Part shown: in pieces, positions 55,434 through 64,000 of the stretch | How positions within the stretch are numbered: the first letter of the stretch is position 1 | How the letters are laid out: the number at the start of each line of letters is the position of its first letter | Assembly: GCA_964016885.1 (NCBI GenBank) | Contig: OZ024758.1 | Coordinates: forward strand, 5,952,001 to 6,016,000 | Direction of reading: 5' to 3' | DNA from: Eledone cirrhosa | Taxonomy: Eukaryota | Length of the DNA stretch: 64,000 bases | Made by a program: the position numbers and the translations under genes | The notes under the pieces: model-generated | What the model saw: the letters and a program-made list of their open reading frames with translations, nothing else | The model's database searches: none | What the model was told of the DNA's origin: nothing

Positions 55434-57979
55434 CTATTTACTGTAATATATATATATTTACTGTAATATATAATATTTTTACTATATATATATCTATTTA
55501 CTATAATATATATCTATTTACTATAAGAAATATATATCTATTTACTATAAGAGATATATATCTATTTACTATAATATATATATCTATTTACTATAATATA
55601 TATATCTATTTACTATAATATATATATATTTACTATAATATATATTTACTATAATATATATATATATATTTACTATAATATATATATATCTATTTACTAT
55701 AATATATATATCTATTTACTATAATATATATATATCTATTTACTATAATATATATATATATATATTTACTATAATATATATAACTTATTTTTCCAGTAGT
55801 TTCGAACGAAACACTCAAAGATTTAATAAAAAACAAAGGTAAGTACACGAACATGATGTATGTATGTATGTATGTATGTATGTATGTATGTATGTATGTA
55901 TGTATGTATGTATGTATGTATGTATCTATCTATGTGTATGGTAAACGACTTGGAGTGGTTGATCAGTTTGTCTACCTGGGAAGCACTGTCAATCGATACA
56001 GCAAACTTGATAGTGAAATCTCACTTAGGATTAGGAAAGCAAGTGATGTTTTCGGAAAGCTAGAAAGGCGACTCTGGGGTCGGCGAGATATATGCAAGAA
56101 GACAAAGGTAAAGGTGTACAAGGCATGTGTGCCCTCTTCTCTTCTTTATGCCTGCGAGACCTGGGTCACATATCGACACCACCTTAAGCAATTGGAGCGT
56201 TTCCATCAGATGTATTTCAGACGGATCCATGGCGTTCACTGGAGGGACCACATCAGTGACATCGAGATTTTGGAGAGCTCTATGTGTGACAGTATAGAAA
56301 CTTTTGTGCTTAAGCAACGACTCCGTTGGAGTAGTCACCTTGCCAGGATGAAGGATTCTAGAATACCAAAACAACGCTTTTATGGAGAGTTAGTTAAAGC
56401 AAAACGACCGCCACATAAACCAAAAAAGAGGTATAAGGATTCCTTGAAAGCCTCTTTGAAAGATGCTAAGATCTTTGCTGAAACATGGGAAAATATTGCT
56501 GCTGATCGTAATAAATGGAGAAAGACTGTATATGAGGGAAAAAGTTGCCTTTGAGGCATCTCGTATCGCATACGAGAAAGTAAAGCGGGATGTGAGGAAG
56601 GTCATTGCTGTTGCACTTCCAGACGGAGAGGGTCCTCCTATAGTGCTGACATGCAGCGCCTGTGCGAGACTCTGCCTAAGCAAAACTGGACTCGAAAGTC
56701 ATCTTCGCAGTCATAAAGTAAGACCAATGGTTGACTACCAGGCTGCTGTTGGAGATGCTACTCATCATGCTTGCCAAGCATGTGGTAGAGAATGTAAATC
56801 AGCAGAAGGGCTCAAACGACATACAAAAAGTACATGAACTCCAACCACAGCCGGCTATTCCCAGTGAATGTTTTGGTTGCTGACTCTGTGCAAGACATTT
56901 TAGATCATTGGCTGGGCTAAAAATCCACATTCGATCGCAGCACAGGTTAGTTGTTATCGTGTGTGTGTGTGTGTATAGATATGTTTATGTGTGTGCGTGT
57001 GTGCGTATATATATATATATATATATGTATATTATTATTGTTGTTGTCGTTATTGTTATTGTTGTTATTATTATTATTATTGTTATTAATATATGTGTAT
57101 ATATATATATTTTTTTTTTTTCGTGCAATGGCCATACTCAATAACGAGGGGGCAGCCATCATGTATGTATGTATGTATGTATGTTCTTCTGGGAAACTTT
57201 GATAAAAAAACCTGCGGCTTCGGAAGCATCCGATGATGTTGACCAGTTCTCCTTTTCGGGAAGTGTTTTCGATGCTTAGAGAGTAGGATTGGTCGAGTGC
57301 AAGCCCTTTCGCCACTTGAAAATCCTTCAAAGCACAGGCATTGCTTGTTCAGGATATGTTACATGTTCGAATGGCTGGCCGTAGCCTAAATGTGCACCAT
57401 TTTCTGTAATATAACAAGCGATTGCAATACTCTTAGCAGAGATTTCAGCCATCATGTATGTATGTATATTATTTAGATATCACCTTTCCGCAGACGATTG
57501 GTGTATATAGGAATAGACATATATTCACACCCATATGTATTTGCTATTGTATATATACACACATACTTCGATTTACACATATCTCTATTTTCTATAATAT
57601 ATAAAATATTTCTTTCTAGATTCCAACAGACCAACGCGAAGCGAGAATAAAATACGTAAGTACACGACAAAGATGTATGTGTATCACCTTTGACAAATGG
57701 TCTCTGGTATAATTTTGAGGTTAACTTTAGCTTCTCATTGAAATATATAGTAATAGGTTTACTAAATCACACCACTATAAGATGGTTTATGCAACTATAT
57801 CATTGCCATACAATATCTGCTAAGTGGAATTTAGGAAACAAACTATTCTCATATAGATTTAGTAGAGTTGCGGTAATATCGAACAAATTATTTAAGGTTT
57901 TCAAAATATGTGGTGACATCTGGTGACTGATATTAGGGATTTACATGTATCCTCCGTTCTTGTACCCACACACGCACAC

Positions 57980-58038
<59 letters not shown>

Positions 58039-58149
58039 TTTATAACAATTAAGAGTCGGTATCCGATCGCATGATGGAACCCGAGCTGATCGATATAGAA
58101 ACACTTGTAATATGAAATAAGGTTTACAAAGGCTGCAATTCTTATTGTC

Positions 58150-58187
<38 letters not shown>

Positions 58188-61100
58188 TATTGTTGCTCTG
58201 AAATAGCGATATATACATGAATGTATGTATAGTATATTTGGCAATATACCGTATGTTTAATTAAAAACATTTAGAAGACCATTCACTATCAATTTTAAAG
58301 TAGTGATTATGTCACTTACTTATATTTTCGGCAAAGGTTGGGAGAGTAGCTGACAGCTGTTTTTCGTTGCTTGGCATTTATCAAAGCCACGCACTCACCT
58401 GCCTTTGCCGAAAATTATAGAAGCTGGATTCTTATTGAATTCCAGTAATAATCTGGAGTTGATTACACAGAGCGATTGCCGGTCCAGCAAAAATTAGGTA
58501 TTAGTATTGGTGCTCTGAAATAGCTAAACATACGGTATATTGCCAAATATGCTATACATACATCGCTAGTTCAGAGCACCACCACTAATACCTAATTCTT
58601 TTTGGGTAGTGTTTTCGATGCTCAGATATTGGGAGTAGTCGAGTGCAAGGCCTTTCGCCAATTGAAAAACCTTCAAAGCACAGCCATTGCTTGTTCAGGA
58701 TCTGTTACAGGTTCGTGTGCCTAGCTGTAGCCTAAAAGTTCAAGAAACTCTATAACCTGACAAGCGATTGCAATACTCTTAGCAAAGTTTTCAGCCATCA
58801 TGTAGATTATGATAGATATCAACTATCAGCAGACGATTGGTGTATATAGGAATACACATATATTCACACCCATATGTATTTGCTATTGTATATATACACA
58901 TACTTCCATTTACACATCTCTATTTACTAAAATATGGCATTTCTTTCCAGTCGTCAAGAGAGCAATGCCAGAAACAACACGTCCCTTAGATGCAGACGGT
59001 AAGTACACGACAATGATGTATGTGTATCAAATTAGACAAATGGTCTCTGGTATAATTTTGAGGTGGAATCTCCAGGGCATCTCCCTTACCATCCTCCGGG
59101 AAAAGTCTTCTCCATTTTGTTCGCCGGGGCTGTGGGGAGGCCAGCACGTGGGACCCCATTTACTCACCATACAGAGAGATGGGGAGGGCGAGAGAGATGT
59201 AGGCGATGACAGTGGGAGTTCGGCTCTTCTACGTTCGGACCATATCCTTGTGGTCGTTTTTATCATCTATTTAGAAAATTATTTGTCATTAACCGTCTCT
59301 CTGTCATCTTGAACTCTTTTGATTTCACTCGGAAGATTAACATCTTGAGGTTAACTATAGCTTCTGAATGAAATATATAGTAATAGGTTTACTAAATCAC
59401 ACCACTATAAGACGGTTTATGCATATGACAACAGAGAGGACTATTTCTCTCGATGTATTATCATGCGTAAGATTCTCTTCAGTGAGTCGAGGTTTACGCT
59501 ATGACAGGAGTGTGTGCAATTTTGAGTGTCGTGCTCAGTGAGTCGAGCTAAAAGAAACCGTGGGCTGATTATCATGTGTTTCATAGCTTTCGCCGTACCT
59601 CGACCAGTCGAAAAGTGTTCCCGCAGAGACCCAACTGAATCCAGAATATACCACAGACAAAAACATGTTGGTGTGTGACAAGGAAAATGATGTGTGTTTG
59701 ATGTAAAACGTTATTAATACAGTAAAACGAATAATAAAAAAAAAAATATATATATAAAAGACATTCATATATAATCTGTAAAAAAATAAAAATATATTTA
59801 TGTAATTGTTCTTATAAATGATTTGGTTATATATGGTTTACTTCACGTGAATCAATTAAAAAGTACATATAAAAACAGTTACCAAGAGTTCTTAAGGTTG
59901 ACAATGTTTTTGTTGTTGGTTTATGAGACTGTTGTAGTCTGTAGTAGTTGACTGTTGTTGATGTGAAAACAGCGAGCGACAGATAATTGTTGCTGTTGTT
60001 GGAATTTGGAGTCCGTGGTAGTAGTTGTGAGACCGTAGTTAGTAAGAGAAGGAGAGATATGGTTTGTATACCTCTGTTATGGTCTGTCGTAACTGTGAAG
60101 AACCGTGGCCTGCAGACAGCGGTGAATCTTACACATTTGTGTTCTGTAGTAGTAGGGCTCCAATCGCTCTGGGTGTATCTGTAGACCTCATGGGTCTGTT
60201 GATAGCAGTGAATCCTTACATAGTTAGTTGCTAGCGTAATGCTCCGATGTCTCTGGCTCTGTAAACCACTGGGGTCCGTTGATAGTGGTGAATCCTTACA
60301 TAGTTAGTTATAGGTGTAATGCTCCGATGTATCTGTGTAAAATAGCTTGATGCAGGCTCTATATATAGCTGTCACTTCCTGTCCCCCAACCTGAGGGGAT
60401 AGTTAACACACCAACCTGTCTACACCAAAAGGGTGTTGACCTAGAATTTGACCTTTAGGAGTCACCCAAGGTTCAAGGCGAGGACAGATTTCGCTACATA
60501 TATATATATGTATGTATGTATGTATGTATCTATGTATGTATGTATGTATGTATGTGTGTGTGTATATGTGTATGTATGTCTGTGTGATCTTGACCAGTTG
60601 TTTTGGGGTAGTGTTTTCGATGCTCAGAGATTGGGAGTAGTCGAGTGCAAGGCCTTTCTCCACTTGAAAAACCTTCAAAGCACAGGCATTGCTTGTTCAG
60701 GATCTGTTACAGGTTCGTGTGCCTAGCTGTAGCCTAAAAGTTCAAGAAACTCTATAACCTGACAAGCGATTGCAATACTCTTAGCAAAGTTTTCAGCCAT
60801 CATGTAGATTATGATAAATATCAACTATCAGCAGACGATTGGTGTATATAGGAATACACATATATTCACACCCATATGTATTTGCTATTGTATATATACA
60901 CATACTTCCATTTACACATATCTCTATTTACTAAAATATGGCATTTCTTTCCAGGTTTCGATGAATTAACGTCAAAACCATTGCCACCCTTGATTGAACA
61001 CGGTAAGTACACGACAATGATGTATGTGTATTACATTAGACAAATGGTCCCTGGTATAATTTTGAGGTGGAATGGCTCTTCCAGCGCATCTCCCTTACCA

Positions 61101-62472
61101 TCCTCCGGGAAAAAGTCTTCTCCATTTTGTCTGCAGGGGCTGAGGGGAGGCCAGTACGTGGGACCCCATTTGCTCACCATACAGAGAGATGGGGAGGGCG
61201 AGAGAGATGGAGGCGATGACAGTGGGAGTTCGGCTCTTCTACGTTCGGACCATATCCTTGTGGTCGTTTTTATCATCTATATAGAAAATTATTTGTCATT
61301 AACCGTCTCTCTGTCGTCTTGAAGTCTTTTGGTTTCACTTGGAAGATTAACATCTTGAGGTTAACTTTAGCTTCAGAATGAAATATATACTAATAGGTTT
61401 ACTAAATCACACCACTATAAGATGGTTTATGCAACTATATCATTGCCATACAATATATGCTAAGTGGAATTTCGGAAACAGACTATTCTCATACAGATTT
61501 AGTAGAGTTGCGGTAATATTGAACACATTATTTAAGGTTTTCAAAATATGTAGTGACATCATGTCAGCAGACGATTGGTGTATATAGGAATACACATATA
61601 TTCACACTCATATGTATTTGCTATTGTATATATACACATACTTCGACTTACACATATCTCTATTTACTAAAATATGGCATTTCTTTCCAGTTTTCAAGAG
61701 AGCAATGCCAAGCCTTGTGCCACGCTTAAATGATAAAGGTAAGTACACGACAATGTACTGACAGACACACACACACACATGTATATATTTGGGAAAAGTA
61801 AATAAAATAAAGAAAAATGTAACAATTTACTTAGAATGTCCCTGCTGCAGTTTCATTGAGTAAACATCAGGACTGAGTGCTGCGAATGCGTATGTATGTA
61901 TGTATGTATGTGCTACTGGTAGCATGTATCCCTGTACAACCTGACTCATGGTCGGGTCGCTGGCGACTAAACTGACAACCTCACCCAGGTTTCTTGGTGA
62001 CGAGGGTGACTTTGGACATCCTGCAGGACTAAAAACCTGTCAAAGGGCAAAGGAGCTCTTAAGAGTCAATGGCATTCCAAAATCAAGAGATGACCCCTTA
62101 GCCTTTGTCAAGGCAACTCTGATGGTATCCAATATTGTTGACTTGTTCTTTTTGGTAAATATCATCTTGGTGAAGAGAGTGGGACTGGCTTTGTGCAGTG
62201 CCTTTGCTCACTATAAAAGCTTCACAGTACAGGCATTGCTTTATATCTGGAGATCTCTCTGCACTTGTCGTCACATGGTACCATGGGCCCAGCACTATGT
62301 GTCAATAATTGTCACAGGTGTAGTGTTTGTACCAGAGTTTTCAAGTCGCTGGCTGGACTAAAAAGTCACATTCGTTCAGCGCATCGGTAGGGGTTCTCCT
62401 ACATGGATATAAAGTAGTGGCCGTACTCGAAAACGAGTTGGCAGCCACCATGTATGTATGTATGTATGTATG

Positions 62473-62521
<49 letters not shown>

Positions 62522-62948
62522 TGTTGACTAGTTGTTTGGGGGTAGTGTTTTCGATGCTCAGAGATTGGGAGTATTCGAGTGCAAGGCCTTTATCCACTTG
62601 AAAAACCTTCAAAGCACAGGCATTGCTTGTTCAGGATCTGTTACAGGTTCGTGGGCCTAGCTGTAGCCTAAAAGTTCAAGAAACTCTATAATCTGACAAG
62701 CGGTTGCAATACTATTAGCAATACTATTAGCAAAGTTTTCAGCCATGATGTAGATTATGATAGATATCAACTATCAGCAGACGATTGGTGTATATAGGAA
62801 TACACATATATTCACACTCATATGTATTTGCTATTGTATATATACACATACTTCGACTTACACATATCTCTATTTACTAAAATATGGCATTTCTTTCCAG
62901 TTGACAACAGAGCGGTGCCAAGCTCATTGGGAGGCTTAAATGATAAAG
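46980..62948 (+). CDS. Unrecognised secreted protein encoded by a tandem micro-exon array (11 exons seen, 3' end beyond window)
   Basis: All exons are GT-AG and phase 1. They join stop-free to [157 protein letters not shown] (157 codons + 1 nt). Confidence 0.85.
47588..47732. mobile_element. Fold-back/MITE element, same family as 52486-52614
   Basis: agagtgggtaatatgaaaagattc ... gaatcttttcatattacccactct imperfect inverted arms. Confidence 0.75.
48370..48510 (+). mobile_element. CRE-like fragment; further + copies at about 36060-36200, 59065-59250, 61068-61255
   Basis: [42 protein letters not shown], homologous to the 51130-51490 element but in the opposite orientation. Confidence 0.78.
49161..49193 (+). 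CDS. Micro-exon gene exon 2: signal peptide C-part ([11 protein letters not shown])
   Basis: tttttctatttcag acceptor, AG|GTAAAT donor, 33 nt, completes the hydrophobic core. Confidence 0.75.
50582..50626 (+). CDS. Micro-exon 3 ([15 protein letters not shown]), 45 nt
   Basis: Shared upstream flank (tacttcgatttacac...ctatttact), tag acceptor, GTAAGTACACG donor. Confidence 0.82.
51130..51490 (-). mobile_element. CRE-like non-LTR retrotransposon 3' end (restriction-like endonuclease C-terminus)
   Basis: [25 protein letters not shown]...[20 protein letters not shown] resembles the KY...AVET.G..G...QRISLAI.RGNA signature. Confidence 0.8.
52124..52391. mobile_element. MITE with about 90-bp terminal inverted repeats
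   Basis: tagtat...aaaacgaaaaatcagtgatgcatctggactcagttta mirrored at 52298-52391. Confidence 0.85.
52486..52614. mobile_element. Loopless palindrome, fold-back/MITE family
   Basis: Centre at 52550/52551 (ggactaaa|tttagtcc), about 64-bp arms; shares gagctcagccgtcggggtcct...tattacccactct with the 47588-47732 element. Confidence 0.8.
53101..53148 (+). CDS. Micro-exon 4 ([16 protein letters not shown]), 48 nt
   Basis: ttcttttcag acceptor, GTAAGTACAC donor, shared flanks. Confidence 0.87.
53292..53633. mobile_element. Mariner-like MITE interrupted by a tRNA-derived SINE (about 53392-53580)
   Basis: ccgtatttcccgacgtcgaagacgc ... gcgtcctcgaggaatacgat; inner SINE with B-box GAGTTCAAATCC. Confidence 0.6.
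53941..54050 (-). ncRNA. Type I hammerhead ribozyme motif with palindromic loopless stem III and long stem-loop II
   Basis: Minus strand TCCA-CTGATGA-gtttatgag...cttataac-GAAA-TGGCCG-TC-TGGA; GUC triplet; inner hairpin tttctaca/tgtagaaa in loop II. Confidence 0.7.
54796..54840 (+). CDS. Micro-exon 5 ([15 protein letters not shown]), 45 nt
   Basis: tttttttttcag acceptor, GTAAGTACACG donor. Confidence 0.83.
54919..55213. repeat. Perfect palindrome, 143-bp arms, 9-nt loop
   Basis: 54919-55061 is the reverse complement of 55071-55213; loop gtttgctct. Confidence 0.95.
55390..55782. repeat. AT-rich minisatellite (tatatatatctatttactataa)n
   Basis: Variable 18-26 bp units just upstream of micro-exon 6; a shorter version precedes micro-exon 5 (54695-54780). 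Confidence 0.9.
55797..55838 (+). CDS. Micro-exon 6 ([14 protein letters not shown]), 42 nt, NAGNAG acceptor
   Basis: tttttcCAGTAG acceptor, AG|GTAAGTACACG donor. Confidence 0.83.
55940..56945 (+). mobile_element. RTE-clade LINE 3' fragment (RT C-terminus plus C2H2 zinc fingers), frameshifted
   Basis: [12 protein letters not shown]...[17 protein letters not shown]...[20 protein letters not shown]...[19 protein letters not shown]; downstream [21 protein letters not shown]-type fingers. Confidence 0.92.
57620..57655 (+). CDS. Micro-exon 7 ([12 protein letters not shown]), 36 nt
   Basis: tttctttctag acceptor, GTAAGTACACG donor, shared flanks. Confidence 0.84.
58182..58600. mobile_element. Nested fold-back element
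   Basis: tattagtatt(g/t)gtgctctgaaatagc occurs twice directly and once inverted; tatttggcaatataccgtatgttta is mirrored; internal hairpin ttttcggcaaagg/cctttgccgaaaa. Confidence 0.65.
58951..58998 (+). CDS. Micro-exon 8 ([16 protein letters not shown]), 48 nt
   Basis: atttctttccag acceptor, G|GTAAGTACACG donor. Confidence 0.88.
59426..60498 (-). mobile_element. Possible solo LTR (about 1.07 kb)
   Basis: Minus strand begins TGTAGCG and ends TGTCA, TATA-like tatatatag near 60360; it interrupts the conserved intron unit; no clean TSD. Confidence 0.45.
60955..61002 (+). CDS. Micro-exon 9 ([16 protein letters not shown]), 48 nt
   Basis: Same acceptor and donor flanks as micro-exon 8. Confidence 0.88.
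61691..61738 (+). CDS. Micro-exon 10 ([16 protein letters not shown]), 48 nt
   Basis: atttctttccag acceptor, AG|GTAAGTACACG donor. Confidence 0.88.
61913..62450 (-). mobile_element. Interspersed element bounded by (TATG)n; copy at 63197-63785, inverted fragment at 42744-42880
   Basis: Near-identical copies, each delimited by (CATA)n/(TATG)n on both sides. Confidence 0.7.
62901..62948 (+). CDS. Micro-exon 11 ([16 protein letters not shown]), 48 nt
   Basis: 127 nt upstream flank identical to that of micro-exon 10; same donor. Confidence 0.88.
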
Positions 62949-63784
62949 GTAAGTACACGACAATGTACTGACAGACACACACACACACATATATATATTT
63001 GGGAAAATTAAATAAAATAAAGAAAAATGTAACAATTTACTTAGAATGTCCCTGCTGCAGTTTGATTGAGTAAACATCAGGGCTGAGTGCTGCGAATGCG
63101 TATGTATGTATGTATGTATGTATGTATGTATGTATGTATGTATGTATGTATGTATGTATGTATGTATGTATGTATGTATGTATGTATGTATGTATGTGCT
63201 ACTGGTAACATGTATCCCTGTACAACCTGACTCATGGTCGGGTCGCTGGCGACTAAACTGACAACCTTACCTAGGTTTCTTGGTGACGAGGGTGACTTTG
63301 GACATCCTGCAGGACTAAAAACAAAACCTGTCAAAGGGCAAAGGAGCTCTTAAGAGTCCATGGCAATCCAAAATCACCGGGAGAGATGACCCCTTAGCCT
63401 TTGTCAAGGCAGAATTCTAGGAAAAGGAAAACTCTGATATAACACCTGCAACTCTGATGGTATCCAATGATGTTGACTTGTTCTTTTTGGTAAATATCAT
63501 CTTGGTTAAGAGAGTGGGACTGGCTTTGTGCAGTGCCTTTGCTCACTATAAAAGCTTCACAGTACAGGCATTGCTTTATATCTGGATATCTCTCTGCACT
63601 TGTCGTCACATGGTACCATGGGCCCAGCACTATGTGTCAATAATTGTCACAGGTGTAGTGTTTGTACCAGAGTTTTCAAGTCGCTGGCTGGACTAAAAAG
63701 TCACATTCGTTCAGCGCATCGGTAGGGGTTCTCCTACATGGATATAAAGTAGTGGCCGTACTCGAAAACGAGTTGGCAGCCACC

Positions 63785-63816
<32 letters not shown>

Positions 63817-63823
63817 GTGTGTG

Positions 63824-63866
<43 letters not shown>

Positions 63867-64000
63867 GTTGTTGACTAGTTGTTTTTGGGTAGTGTTTTCG
63901 ATGCTCAGAGATTGGGAGTATTCGAGTGCAAGGCCTTTATCCACTTGAAAAACCTTCAAAGCACAGCCATTGCTTGTTCAGGATCTGTTACAGGTTCGTG

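Noticed and set aside
58081-58115. CTGATCGA-tata-GAAA-cactt-GTA hammerhead-like string (related copy on minus near 47905-47935)
   Set aside because: Extra base in the core, no real stem II and no stem I pairing.
58809-61322. 167-aa and 148-aa track ORFs as paralogous genes
   Set aside because: Read-through of intron flank, a 48-nt micro-exon and a CRE fragment; similarity reflects cassette duplication.

Overview
AT-rich animal genomic DNA dense in SINEs, LINE fragments, MITEs and microsatellites. The repeat style suggests a cephalopod such as octopus; this is inference, not a database result. Three genes can be read. (1) COP9 signalosome subunit 1 (GPS1/CSN1) on the minus strand, with 13 coding exons traced by hand from 35284 to 11474 (448 codons; terminal exon not located). 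(2) An intronless FUN14-domain (FUNDC-type) ORF at 38407-38817 (+), head-to-head with CSN1, whose LIR motif appears degenerate. (3) An unrecognised secreted-protein gene that the ORF track does not show as a gene. It starts at 46980 (+) with a signal peptide split over two exons, followed by at least nine tandemly duplicated 36-48 nt symmetric phase-1 micro-exons whose intron flanks are nearly identical while the exons are hypervariable. The array runs off the right edge. The window also has several type I hammerhead ribozyme motifs (including an inverted pair), long palindromes, CRE/RTE retroelement fragments and TE-derived minisatellites. All coordinates and translations were done by eye.
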